Positions 45,927 to 55,363 of a stretch of 64,000 nucleotides of DNA are shown piece by piece. This DNA comes from Clostridia bacterium. Its GTDB lineage: Bacteria; Bacillota; Peptococcia; DRI-13; PHAD01. The notes under the pieces were generated by a model. It was given only the letters and a program-made list of their open reading frames with translations. It searched no databases and was not told where the DNA came from. Positions within the stretch are counted from its first letter, which is position 1; the number at the start of each line of letters is the position of its first letter. The position numbers and the translations under genes are program-made. Location: the NCBI GenBank assembly GCA_034003745.1, contig JAVEYA010000003.1:40-64039 (forward strand), written 5' to 3'.

Positions 45927-46814
45927 GTGAGGAATAAAGGATTCTTTTGGACGCTCTTGGGCCTGATGGTATTGATATTACTGATTTTTAAGCTCTATGG
46001 GGAGGCCCGGGAGAGAGAGCCTGCGTCCTCTGTAGCATATAAGCCGGTAGCGGCGGTGAGCATCGTCCCGCAAAAAACACTCATTGAGGCCATTGCCGGC
46101 GATCGGGTGGATGTGGTGGTGATGATTCCCCCCGGCAGTTCACCGGAGACCTATGAGCCCAGCCCCCGGGAGATGGAAAATTTCAACCGGGCCGGGGTGT
46201 ATTTTACTATAGGCGTACCCGTGGAAGAAACGAGTATCCTGCCCCAGGCGGAACTGTCCCGCCGCAGGATTGTGGCGTTGCACAAGGAGGCGGTCGGACA
46301 ATATCCGGATGTGCTGTTTCCGGATGGGAGCAGGGACCCGCATATCTGGCTTTCGCCCCGGAGGGTACAGGTAATGGCGGAAGTGATGGCTGAGGAGATG
46401 GGGCGGCTGGATCCGGCGCATGCGGACCTATATAAAGAGAAGGCACGGGAATATACCGCTGAACTGGCTGCGCTGGACGAAGAACTGCAAGCGCTTTTTT
46501 CAGCTTTGCCGAAGAAAAAGTTTATGGTCTTCCATCCGGCCTTCGGTTATCTGGCCGCAGATTACGGTCTGGAGATGTACGCCCTGGAGGAGGAAGGAAA
46601 GGAAGCCAGGATGCGTAGTCTGAGGACTATGATTGACTTCGCCCGAGCCGAAGGAATCAAGACGATATTCTGCTCGGATGAGCATTCCAGCCGGCAGGCG
46701 GAAGCTTTTGCCGAGGAGATCAGGGGGAAGGTTGTGGTATTATCGCCTCTGGCGGAGGACTATATTGAGAATATGCGGGAGATGGCGGCCTTAATTGCCG
46801 GGGAGCTGCGATGA
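45927..46814 (+). CDS. znuA: metal (Zn/Mn) ABC transporter substrate-binding protein (ZnuA/TroA family)
   Basis: DPHIWLSP and the FHPAFGYLA-type motifs fit the family. GTG start behind AGGAGGG. Zinc specificity is inferred from the linked Zur-like gene. Confidence 0.85.
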   Translation: MRNKGFFWTLLGLMVLILLIFKLYGEAREREPASSVAYKPVAAVSIVPQKTLIEAIAGDRVDVVVMIPPGSSPETYEPSPREMENFNRAGVYFTIGVPVEETSILPQAELSRRRIVALHKEAVGQYPDVLFPDGSRDPHIWLSPRRVQVMAEVMAEEMGRLDPAHADLYKEKAREYTAELAALDEELQALFSALPKKKFMVFHPAFGYLAADYGLEMYALEEEGKEARMRSLRTMIDFARAEGIKTIFCSDEHSSRQAEAFAEEIRGKVVVLSPLAEDYIENMREMAALIAGELR

Positions 46815-47521
46815 ACGTACTTAGCGTGAAAAATCTGTCGGTTAACTATGAGCATACCCAGGCTTTGTCCGACGTCAGCCTGGAAGTGGAAGAGGGGGAA
46901 TACTTGGGCATTATCGGGCCCAACGGCGGCGGCAAAACAACTTTCCTGAAAGCGGTTTTAGGCCTGGTTGCGCCGTCTGCCGGAAGCATCGAAGTCTTCG
47001 GGAAGCCTCCCGGACGGGCCGGCACAAAGCTGGGCTATGTCCCCCAGAGTACGGCCCTGGATAAGAATTTCCCCTTGACGGTGCTTCAGGCGGTTTTGAC
47101 GGGAAGGCTTATTCCACAGTTGTCGTTTTTTCACCGCTATAGCCGCACGGACAGGGAATTAGCGGAAGGGCTCTTGCAGCAGGTGGGACTCTCCGCGCTG
47201 GAGAACCGCCTTTTAGGGGAACTCTCCGGCGGCGAATTTCAGAAACTTTTGATTGCCCGGGCACTGGCCGTACAGCCGAAGATGCTTCTCTTGGATGAGC
47301 CGACAGCCAGCGTGGACGCCGTGTCAAGGGAGCAAATCTATGCTTTGCTTGGCGAGTTGAATCAGACGATGACCATCGTCTTAGTGACACATGATCTGGC
47401 GGCTGTAGCGACGCAGGCACGGAAGGCGGCGCATCTTTCCGGACGGCTGGTCTATCACGGGGAGCAAAAAGATTCTTCGACATTATTACTGTCTCAGAAT
47501 GACAGAAGAGGGGCCTTTTAG
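46811..47521 (+). CDS. znuC: metal ABC transporter ATP-binding protein
   Basis: It has the Walker A GPNGGGKTT, LSGGEFQK and LLLDEPT. The last about 17 codons are encoded by a repeat-family fragment. Confidence 0.88.
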   Translation: MNVLSVKNLSVNYEHTQALSDVSLEVEEGEYLGIIGPNGGGKTTFLKAVLGLVAPSAGSIEVFGKPPGRAGTKLGYVPQSTALDKNFPLTVLQAVLTGRLIPQLSFFHRYSRTDRELAEGLLQQVGLSALENRLLGELSGGEFQKLLIARALAVQPKMLLLDEPTASVDAVSREQIYALLGELNQTMTIVLVTHDLAAVATQARKAAHLSGRLVYHGEQKDSSTLLLSQNDRRGAF

Positions 47522-47522
47522 T

Positions 47523-48350
47523 ATGATGGGACTGTTGCAGTATCAGTTTATTCAGCATGCCCTGCTGACTGCGGTATTGGCGAGCATCGTCTGTGGAGTC
47601 GTCGGGGTCATTATCGTGGAGAAGAAATTGGTGATGATGAGCGGGGGGATTGCCCATACCTCTTACGGCGGGGTCGGATTGGGGTATATGCTGGGCTTCG
47701 AACCCATCCTGGGCGCTTTATTCGTTTCGACCTGCGCTGCGCTGGGGATCGGCTATGTGAAAAGAAAGGGATTCTCTGTCTCGGATGTGGTTATTGGGAT
47801 GTTCTGGTCGCTGGGTATGGCCCTGGGGGTATTGTTCATCGCACTGACGCCGGGCTATCCGCCGGATTTGTCTTCGTACCTGTTTGGCAGCATCCTCTCC
47901 GTTACGCGTGCAGACTTGATCATGATGGCGATTCTGACGGCCTCGGTAGTGCTGATTGTGACCGCGCTGTTTGATTACTGGCAGTCCTATTTGTTTGATG
48001 AGGAATTTGCCGCGCTGATGGGTGTCCGGACGGCTTTTCTGGAATACCTGCTTTTTGTGCTGATTGCCATGGCCATTGTAGTGCTCCTCAGGGCAGCCGG
48101 CATTATCCTGGTGATGGCCTTGTTTACGGCGCCCACGGCCATTGCGGCGATGCTGGCCCGGAGCCTGCAGGGACGGATGGTATGGGCTGTTTTTCTGGGT
48201 GGAATCTTCTGTTTGACAGGACTATGTATTTCTTATATATTTAACATTGCTTCGGGCGCGGCGATTGTGATGACGGCAGCCGCCGCTTATGTACTGGCTT
48301 TCGGGCTGAAGAACCGCACGAATCCCGGCGAAGGCAAAGGGGTGGGATAA
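47523..48350 (+). CDS. znuB: metal ABC transporter permease
   Basis: It is ZnuB/TroC-like and polytopic. I trimmed the start to ATG 47523. Confidence 0.88.
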   Translation: MMGLLQYQFIQHALLTAVLASIVCGVVGVIIVEKKLVMMSGGIAHTSYGGVGLGYMLGFEPILGALFVSTCAALGIGYVKRKGFSVSDVVIGMFWSLGMALGVLFIALTPGYPPDLSSYLFGSILSVTRADLIMMAILTASVVLIVTALFDYWQSYLFDEEFAALMGVRTAFLEYLLFVLIAMAIVVLLRAAGIILVMALFTAPTAIAAMLARSLQGRMVWAVFLGGIFCLTGLCISYIFNIASGAAIVMTAAAAYVLAFGLKNRTNPGEGKGVG

Positions 48351-48354
48351 GCTA

Positions 48355-48783
48355 ATGAGAATGACGGATAGCAAAATGCTTTTTTCTGATAAAGGGCTGA
48401 AAAATACGAAGAACCGTCAGCTTGTCCTGGGCGTCTTAAGAGAAGCGGAGCTTCCGCTGACGGCGGAGGATATTTACCTGTGCCTGAAGGAAGTGGATGC
48501 GACCCTCAGCCTGTCCACGGTTTATCGCATCCTGGATATTTTCGTGGAGAAGGAGCTGGCGCTGAAGGCCGGCGTGGCCAAAGACAATGCGGCCATGTAC
48601 GAGCTGAATGATTCTTCTCATAAGCACCATCTGGTTTGCCTGAACTGCAAAAAAATCCAGCGGGTCTATAACTGTCCGCTGGAGGATTTTGAAAAGAATG
48701 TGGCGAAGGAGACAGACTTTTCCATCACGGGTCATCGGCTTGAACTATACGGCTACTGCCCGGAGTGTCAGAAAAACTTGTGA
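48355..48783 (+). CDS. zur: Fur-family repressor (Zur-like)
   Basis: The Fur fold carries HHLVCLNC and YGYCPEC (CxxC pairs). It is the last gene of the metal ABC operon. Confidence 0.85.
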   Translation: MRMTDSKMLFSDKGLKNTKNRQLVLGVLREAELPLTAEDIYLCLKEVDATLSLSTVYRILDIFVEKELALKAGVAKDNAAMYELNDSSHKHHLVCLNCKKIQRVYNCPLEDFEKNVAKETDFSITGHRLELYGYCPECQKNL

Positions 48784-48826
48784 TAAAGTTTCAGACTTCT
48801 GACAAGTCTTCGAAGGAGGAAATAAA

Positions 48827-49813
48827 ATGAGCATACTTGTTACCGGCGGGGCCGGCTACATCGGCTCCCATACGGTCCGGGCGCTGCAGCGGCAAAACCG
48901 TACGGTGGCGGTGTATGATAACCTGGTCAAAGGGCATCGTCAGGCCGTGGCAGGCGCGCCGCTTATTATTGGAGACCTGCAGGAGACGGATAAGTTGGAG
49001 ACCGTGCTGAAAGAGTACGGTATAGACTGTGTTGTCCACTTTGCCGCTCATAGCCTGGTGGGCGAGTCAATGACCCAGCCGCGGAAGTATTATGACAATA
49101 ATGTCATAGGAACGATGAAGCTTTTGGATACCTTGGTGAAAAACAATATCGGGAAGATCGTCTTTTCTTCCACGGCGGCGGTATATGGCGAGCCTGAGGA
49201 AGTGCCTATCACGGAAGAGGCCCGTAAGAATCCGACGAATGTGTACGGCCGGACGAAATTAATGATCGAGCAAATACTGGCAGATTATGATGCCGCTTAT
49301 GGTTTGAAATATATGACGCTGCGCTATTTCAACGCCTGCGGAGCGGATCAGGATGGAACGATTGGCGAAGACCACCGGCCGGAGAGCCATCTGATTCCGC
49401 TGGTCCTGGCCGCAGCCTTAGGAATGCGGGAGAATATCCAGGTCTTTGGGGCGGATTACCCCACGCCGGACGGGACCTGCATCCGCGATTATATCCATGT
49501 CGATGATTTGGCTGAGGCCCATATCCTGGCGCTGGACGCGCTGCAGGGGGGCGCGGCCTCACAGGTCTATAACCTGGGCAATGGCAGCGGTTTTTCGGTG
49601 CGCGAGGTTATTGAAACGGCCCAACGTGTGACCGGACGCGAGATTAAAGTGGCCGAAGCACCAAGAAGGGAGGGCGATCCCGCCGTCTTAATCGCTTCTT
49701 CAGCTAAAATAAAAAAGGACCTTGGCTGGGGGCCGAAGAAGCCGGGGTTGGAAGAAATAATCGCCTCGGCCTGGAAGTGGCACGGCCAAAATCCTCATGG
49801 TTTTGGAGAATAG
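48827..49813 (+). CDS. galE: UDP-glucose 4-epimerase
   Basis: ILVTGGAGYIGSH, YGRTK and RYFNACGA are GalE/SDR motifs. Confidence 0.93.
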   Translation: MSILVTGGAGYIGSHTVRALQRQNRTVAVYDNLVKGHRQAVAGAPLIIGDLQETDKLETVLKEYGIDCVVHFAAHSLVGESMTQPRKYYDNNVIGTMKLLDTLVKNNIGKIVFSSTAAVYGEPEEVPITEEARKNPTNVYGRTKLMIEQILADYDAAYGLKYMTLRYFNACGADQDGTIGEDHRPESHLIPLVLAAALGMRENIQVFGADYPTPDGTCIRDYIHVDDLAEAHILALDALQGGAASQVYNLGNGSGFSVREVIETAQRVTGREIKVAEAPRREGDPAVLIASSAKIKKDLGWGPKKPGLEEIIASAWKWHGQNPHGFGE

Positions 49814-49817
49814 TTTT

Positions 49818-50774
49818 TTAAGTTTCGGCAATGATTTGGCCTGTCTTGGCTACGTCGTAGCCACCCAGCCCTTTTAGTTCGGTGATGAATTCCTTAGAGC
49901 GGATAATTTCGATAATCGCCTGGAAGACCGGCTTGTCCTGGTCTTCTTTTTTCATAATCAGATCATAATTTTCTTTTTGCAGGGGGATAAAGTCGATCTC
50001 CGGCACTTGCAGACCGGTTTTTTCATTGCCGATACCCGCATCGGCTTCCCCCCGGGCTACAGCGCTGGCGATAGCCAGGTGGGAGGAGTATTCACGGTCA
50101 TAGCCGTTGATATCTCTGGGCAGAATACGCAATTTACGCAGGTGTTCATCCAAAAGAATGCGGACCCCGCTGCCTTTCTCGCGGTTGACGATGGAGACCC
50201 CTTCCCGGGCCAGGTCCTTCCAGGTCCTGATGTTTTTAGGATTGCCTTTGGCGACGTAGAAACCCTGGGTACGGCTGGCCAGATTAATAACCATGGCCGG
50301 AACGCCGGGCAGCATTTTAGATACATAGGGTACGTTATAGGTATTCGTTTCGCTGTCCCACATATGGGCGGAAGCCACATGCACCTTGCCCTGATAGAGC
50401 GCATACAGCCCGTTGTAGCTGCCGATGTAGGAGCGCAGCGCACGGGTGCCGTTGGAGTGTGCCTCCAGGTAGCGGGAGAGAATATCCAAAAGCGCGTCTT
50501 GCCCGCAGATAATGAAGTTGCCGATGGATGCAGACTCGTGATATTGCGGGATTTGTCTTAGCCCGGAAGCTGCGCCGGGGCTCTCCGGGGCAGATGGTCT
50601 GGCCTGTTTTGTCCGGTTTTTATATTCTTCGACATCCTGCAGATCGACGCGCACCTTTTTGCCGACCCGGTAGCCGTTCAGCTCGCCGCGTTTAATTAAC
50701 TCATACACCGTGTTTTTAGCGATCCGTAAAATGTCCGCAACTTCCTGAGGGGTTAAAGCGGTAGTATCCGTCAT
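49818..50774 (-). CDS. transcriptional regulator: excisionase-type HTH fused to a periplasmic-binding-protein-like (molybdate/oxyanion-binding-like) domain
   Basis: The N-terminal LTPQEVADILRIAKNTVYELIKRGELNGYRVGKKVRV is a MerR/excisionase-type HTH. The C-terminal about 230 aa look like a PBP-type domain. It is divergent from modA. I trimmed the start to ATG 50774. Confidence 0.75.
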   Translation of the reverse strand: MTDTTALTPQEVADILRIAKNTVYELIKRGELNGYRVGKKVRVDLQDVEEYKNRTKQARPSAPESPGAASGLRQIPQYHESASIGNFIICGQDALLDILSRYLEAHSNGTRALRSYIGSYNGLYALYQGKVHVASAHMWDSETNTYNVPYVSKMLPGVPAMVINLASRTQGFYVAKGNPKNIRTWKDLAREGVSIVNREKGSGVRILLDEHLRKLRILPRDINGYDREYSSHLAIASAVARGEADAGIGNEKTGLQVPEIDFIPLQKENYDLIMKKEDQDKPVFQAIIEIIRSKEFITELKGLGGYDVAKTGQIIAET

Positions 50775-50987
50775 TGATTTTTCCCCCTTTTCCTGCTCCA
50801 AGCATATAATTTCAAGTTTATTATAATGAATCAAAGGACAGATTACTATATTTATTATACCTAATGGTCATTTTATGCAATATATAATAAACAAACGTAA
50901 TATAAATAAATAAAAGGTGACAAAATGATCTTAAAAAGATAAATTATTAATTATAAAAAACAATAATATATCTTTTAATATTTATTA

Positions 50988-51042
50988 TTGTTCTTTTTTA
51001 ATGAGAAAGTTATAATTATAGAGACAAGTGCAAATATGCACT
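50988..51042 (+). promoter_or_regulatory. candidate modA promoter with an overlapping palindromic operator
   Basis: TTGTTC - 17 nt - TATAAT spans 50988-51016. The palindrome AGTGCA-AATA-TGCACT follows at 51027-51042. Confidence 0.3.
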
Positions 51043-51074
51043 ATTATTATTTTTAATAAAGGGGAGGAGAAAAC

Positions 51075-52211
51075 ATGATGAAAGGATTCCAAATGGGAAG
51101 AGAATTTGTTGTGATTTTGTTAATGATGATGTTTGTCCTGGCTCTGGTTCCGGGGGCAGCTTTTGCGGCGCCCGGCATTGCAGTAGACGGACAAGCGCTT
51201 TCCATTGACGCTTCTTACGGCGCGCCCTATATCGATTCAGCAAACAGACTTCAGGTTCCCATCCGGGTTGTCTCGGAGAAACTCGGCGCCAAGGTGGACT
51301 GGGACCAAAACACCCAAACAGCTACCATTAACGGGAACCTCAAAATCAAACTCGGTTCTGCGGAAATTCAGACTCCGCTGGGCGCCATTGCCATGGATAC
51401 CAGCGCTGTTTTGAAAGACGGCCGGATTTACGTACCGATTAGATTTATTGCCAATGCCTTGGGCTATAAAATCAATGCGGCGACCATCAGCGGAAATACC
51501 GTAGGTGATATTGTCACCAAAGCCGAACTGACCATCTCGGCTGCCGCCAGCTTAAAAGATGCTTTTGCGGAACTGGAAACGCTCTATAAAGCAGTGAAGC
51601 CCAATACGACCCTGGCTGTTAACCTGGCCGGTTCCGGCGCCCTGCAGCAGCAAATTGAACAAGGCGCCAACGTTGACGTATTCTTCTCGGCAGCTACCTC
51701 CAATATGAATACTTTGAAGGACAAGGGCCTGATGGATGACGTCACCATCAAGAATATGCTGAGAAACAGGCTGGTTCTGGTTGTGCCCAACGATTCCAAA
51801 CTGACCATTGACGCTTTTGCCAAAGTGACCGACGCTGCGGTAAAGAAAATCGCCTTAGGCGAACCTAAGAGCGTTCCTGCCGGTAAATATGCGGAAGACG
51901 TCTTTACCAAGCTGGGCATTCTGGATCAGGTCAAAGCCAAAGTCGTTTATGCTAAGGACGTCCGCGAAGTGCTGACCTGGGTGGAAACCGGCAACGTGGA
52001 TGCAGGCGCGGTATATTCTACGGACGCCAAGAGTTCGGATAAAGTTAAAATCGTAGCGGATGCGCCCGCTGATTCCCATACCCCCATTATCTATCCGGCC
52101 GGCGTAGTCAAAGCCTCGAAGAGTCCGGAAGCAGCCAGAGACTTCTTGATCTTCCTAGGCAGCGAAGCCGCCAAGACAGTATTTGAAAAATACGGTTTTG
52201 TCAACATGTAA
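51075..52211 (+). CDS. modA: molybdate ABC transporter substrate-binding protein fused to an N-terminal Cu-amine-oxidase-N (stalk) domain
   Basis: It has a signal peptide. Residues about 32-135 (VPIRVVSEKLGAKVDWD...IYVPIRFIANALGY) are the stalk domain. The remainder (ISAAASLKDAF...GSGALQQQIEQGANVDVFFSAA) is the ModA body. Confidence 0.85.
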   Translation: MMKGFQMGREFVVILLMMMFVLALVPGAAFAAPGIAVDGQALSIDASYGAPYIDSANRLQVPIRVVSEKLGAKVDWDQNTQTATINGNLKIKLGSAEIQTPLGAIAMDTSAVLKDGRIYVPIRFIANALGYKINAATISGNTVGDIVTKAELTISAAASLKDAFAELETLYKAVKPNTTLAVNLAGSGALQQQIEQGANVDVFFSAATSNMNTLKDKGLMDDVTIKNMLRNRLVLVVPNDSKLTIDAFAKVTDAAVKKIALGEPKSVPAGKYAEDVFTKLGILDQVKAKVVYAKDVREVLTWVETGNVDAGAVYSTDAKSSDKVKIVADAPADSHTPIIYPAGVVKASKSPEAARDFLIFLGSEAAKTVFEKYGFVNM

Positions 52212-52284
52212 ACTAAGAAATGGGGACAGCAATGTCCCCATTATGGTAGAATAAAACAATAATGTTAGGTATGGAGTGAATACC

Positions 52285-52971
52285 ATGGAATTTGATCTGT
52301 CCCCAGCCTGGATATCGCTGAAGGTAACCCTTGTGTCGACGGTCATTATCTTCTTTCTGGGGATCAGCATCGCCTGGTGGATGACCAACTACAGAGGCAG
52401 GTGGCAGGGGCTGTTGGACGGCATCCTGACACTGCCTCTTGTTTTACCTCCCACCGTGGCGGGCTTTGCGATCCTCATTTTAATCGGCCGGCGAGGTCCT
52501 ATCGGACAATTTTTGGATATCTTCGGCGTGAGCATCATCTTTTCCTGGTACGCGGCGGTAATCGCGGCTACCGTAGTGGCGTTTCCACTGATGTATAAGA
52601 CGGCCCGGGGCGCTTTTGAGCAAATAGACCCTAATATTCTGAATGCCGCGCGTACGCTGGGCGTGTCCGAATGGAAAGTGTTCTGGCGCGTCACGGTGCC
52701 CCTGGCCTGGCCCGGCATTGCCGCGGCTACGGCGCTGGCCTTTGCCCGGTCGCTCGGTGAATTCGGCGCTACCATGATGGTGGCGGGCTCCATTCCCGGC
52801 AAAACGCAGACGATTCCTGTGGCCATTTACTTTGCCACACAGGGTGGCGATATGGATATTGCCCTGGTCTGGGTCGGGATTATCTTTGCGATTTCGCTGA
52901 CGGTGATGGTCCTGATGAATTACTGGAACAGCTATCAGGAAAAGAAAAAGCTGAGCGCCGGGAGGAGATAG
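52285..52971 (+). CDS. modB: molybdate ABC transporter permease
   Basis: The N-terminus LSPAWISLKVT and the EAA loop NAARTLGVSEWKVFWRVTVP fit ModB. I chose ATG 52285, 8 nt after GGAG. Confidence 0.9.
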   Translation: MEFDLSPAWISLKVTLVSTVIIFFLGISIAWWMTNYRGRWQGLLDGILTLPLVLPPTVAGFAILILIGRRGPIGQFLDIFGVSIIFSWYAAVIAATVVAFPLMYKTARGAFEQIDPNILNAARTLGVSEWKVFWRVTVPLAWPGIAAATALAFARSLGEFGATMMVAGSIPGKTQTIPVAIYFATQGGDMDIALVWVGIIFAISLTVMVLMNYWNSYQEKKKLSAGRR

Positions 52972-52972
52972 T

Positions 52973-54049
52973 ATGGAATTTTACGTCGATATCATCAAGA
53001 AGCTGCCCGGCTTTAAGCTGGAAATACAGCTTTCTTCCGGCCAGGAGAGTATTGCTATTTTGGGCGCTTCCGGCTCGGGTAAGAGCATGCTCTTAAATAG
53101 CATTGCCGGATTGGTTCGGCCGGACCGGGGCAAGGTAATTATCAACGGTAAGACTTTATTTGACTCGGAGAAGAAAATCAATCTGGCCCCGAAGGACCGG
53201 AAGGTGGGGTTCCTCTTCCAGAACTATGCGCTGTTCCCCCATATGACCATCGCGGAAAATATTACCTTTGCCCTGGGGGCGCTTTCGGCTGCTGAAAAAA
53301 ATAACCGGGCGGCGGAGTTATTGGCAAGGTTTCGTTTGCAGGGTATGGAAAAGCGCTATCCTTCCCAGATCTCGGGAGGGCAGCAGCAGCGCGTGGCGCT
53401 GGCCCGGGCTTTTGCTCTCGAGCCGGAAGTATTGCTTTTGGATGAGCCTTTTTCCGCACTGGATAATCACCTGCGGAATTATATGATCAAGGAAATGCTG
53501 GAATCGTTAAAGGAATTCAAAGGGATGACGCTGTTCGTCACCCATAATATTGAAGAGGCCTATCGCCTCTCCGACCGCATCGCCGTATTGTCGGCCGGCA
53601 GCATGGAGGCCTTCGGCGCCAAGGATGAACTGTTCCGGAAGCCCCCCTCTTTAGAGGCGGCCAGAATCACCGGTTGCAAGAACCTGGCGGCTGCGGCGCG
53701 GGTGGCGGAGCAGACACTGGAGATAGAGCAATGGGGCCGGGCCCGGCTCAGGCTTGTAGAAACCGTTGCGGCTGAAACAGGCTTTGTGGGGATAAGGGCC
53801 AACCACATCAGGCTGAAGGATGAGACGGTAAGGGCTCAGGATAATTGCTTCCCGGCCTGGATTGCCGATGAGAGCGAAGCGCCTTTTAGGACGACGCTGT
53901 ATTTGAAGATCGGGTCTCTACCGCAGAGACTGGATGATTTCCACCTACAGTGGGAAATCAGCCGGGAGCAAAGGGAGAAGCTGAAAGAACTGCCTCAGCC
54001 TCTGCAGATATATCTGGATCCGGAAAAAACTTTCTTTGTAAATACATAG
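52973..54049 (+). CDS. modC: molybdate ABC transporter ATP-binding protein with a C-terminal TOBE-like domain
   Basis: It has the Walker A GASGSGKS, ISGGQQQR and LLLDEPF, plus a C-terminal regulatory domain. Confidence 0.9.
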   Translation: MEFYVDIIKKLPGFKLEIQLSSGQESIAILGASGSGKSMLLNSIAGLVRPDRGKVIINGKTLFDSEKKINLAPKDRKVGFLFQNYALFPHMTIAENITFALGALSAAEKNNRAAELLARFRLQGMEKRYPSQISGGQQQRVALARAFALEPEVLLLDEPFSALDNHLRNYMIKEMLESLKEFKGMTLFVTHNIEEAYRLSDRIAVLSAGSMEAFGAKDELFRKPPSLEAARITGCKNLAAAARVAEQTLEIEQWGRARLRLVETVAAETGFVGIRANHIRLKDETVRAQDNCFPAWIADESEAPFRTTLYLKIGSLPQRLDDFHLQWEISREQREKLKELPQPLQIYLDPEKTFFVNT

Positions 54050-54076
54050 TGACTGCCTCCGGGCAGTCACTTTTTT
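54049..54076. terminator. bidirectional terminator between convergent genes
   Basis: GTGACTGCC-TCCG-GGCAGTCAC followed by TTTTTT. Confidence 0.8.
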
Positions 54077-54080
54077 CAGC

Positions 54081-55232
54081 TTATACGGAATCCTTCAGGA
54101 CTTCTTCAATGGCTTCAAGGGTTTTTTGCAGCTCAGCCCTGGTATTGAACCAGCAGAAGGAGAAGCGGACCGTTCCCTGCGGGAAGGTGTCCAGCGTCTT
54201 GTGCGCGTTGGGTGCGCAATGCAGCCCGACCCGGGTGATGATATGGTGTTCGTTTAAAAGGCGATAGGCAATATCCGCGTTGTCGCAGTTGGGGAAATCG
54301 ACGGAGACCAAAGGCGCCCTTTTGGCATAAAAGCCCGGCCCCACGGTTTTAGCGCCCTTGATGTTCAAGAGACCGTTTAAAAAATAAGTGGTCAGCGCCT
54401 TTTCGTGTTCGCTGATGGTTTTGATTCCGGTCTTCAGCACAAATTCCAAGGCTGCATTCAGCCCGTAGATACCCGGCAGGTTTAAGGTGCCGGATTCAAA
54501 CTTGTCAGGAAGATAATCCGGCTGTTCCTCGGATTCGGAAAAGCTGCCGGTGCCGCCTTCAATGAAAGGCGGTATTTTTTGCGCCAGGACGTCTCTTAAG
54601 AGCAATCCGCCGATGCCTTGCGGGCCGAGGAGACTTTTATGCCCGGTAAAGGCCAGGGCGTCTATGTTCATTTCCTGCATGTCGATAGGGAGGCAGCCGG
54701 CGGACTGGGCGGCGTCCACGATGAAAAAGAGATTATGCTTACGACAGATGTCCCCGATCTCGGCCAGCGGGGAAATGTTGCCGGAGACATTGGAGGCGTG
54801 GGTCATGATGATGGCTTTGGTCTCGGGCCGGATCAGGGGAAGCAGATTCTGAGGGTTCAGGTTGCCCAAACTGGACGTGGCGGCGCGGCTAAAGGTCACG
54901 CCTTGCGTACTCAGGGAAAGGAGCGGACGCATCACGGCGTTGTGCTCCATAGAGGAGACTATTGCATGGTCCCCTGGGCGGAACAGTCCTTTGATGACGA
55001 GATTGAGGCTTTCAGTGACGTTTTTGGTGAAAACAACATTTTCAGGTTTATCAAAATTAAAAAGCTGACACAAGAGTTCACGCGTCTGGAAGACAACCTG
55101 TTCGGCTTCGAATGATTTGGAAGTACGGTGCACGCTGGTGCCTATTTCGGCAATGAATTTAGTCATGGACTCGACCACGCCGGGGGCTTTAGGGAAAGAG
55201 GTCGCCGCATTATCAAGATAAATCCTGTTCAA
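54081..55232 (-). CDS. class V aminotransferase, cysteine-desulfurase-family protein
   Basis: IYLDNAATSFPK..., the PLP Lys in FTGHKSL and a C-terminal HCAP-type motif fit the family. I chose TTG 55232 behind GGAGAGGAGGTG. The longer listed ORF adds an implausible N-terminus. Confidence 0.85.
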   Translation of the reverse strand: MNRIYLDNAATSFPKAPGVVESMTKFIAEIGTSVHRTSKSFEAEQVVFQTRELLCQLFNFDKPENVVFTKNVTESLNLVIKGLFRPGDHAIVSSMEHNAVMRPLLSLSTQGVTFSRAATSSLGNLNPQNLLPLIRPETKAIIMTHASNVSGNISPLAEIGDICRKHNLFFIVDAAQSAGCLPIDMQEMNIDALAFTGHKSLLGPQGIGGLLLRDVLAQKIPPFIEGGTGSFSESEEQPDYLPDKFESGTLNLPGIYGLNAALEFVLKTGIKTISEHEKALTTYFLNGLLNIKGAKTVGPGFYAKRAPLVSVDFPNCDNADIAYRLLNEHHIITRVGLHCAPNAHKTLDTFPQGTVRFSFCWFNTRAELQKTLEAIEEVLKDSV

Positions 55233-55363
55233 GTAATAAACACCTCCTCTCCAGTATATGAAGGGAGGTACGATTTTGAGAAGAAATTTCGATGCACAAA
55301 TACAGGTGTGCAAGCATATGCATAAGATGTAGATACCAGAGCCATCGACAGGAGGAAACGAAG

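Noticed and set aside
50835-51074. Moco riboswitch upstream of modA, and the AT-rich hairpin AACAATAATA...TATTATTGTT (50959-50992)
   Set aside because: The region is extremely AT-rich with none of the GC-rich conserved helices of the Moco RNA motif. The hairpin consists only of A-T pairs and is likely low-complexity sequence, not a functional terminator.
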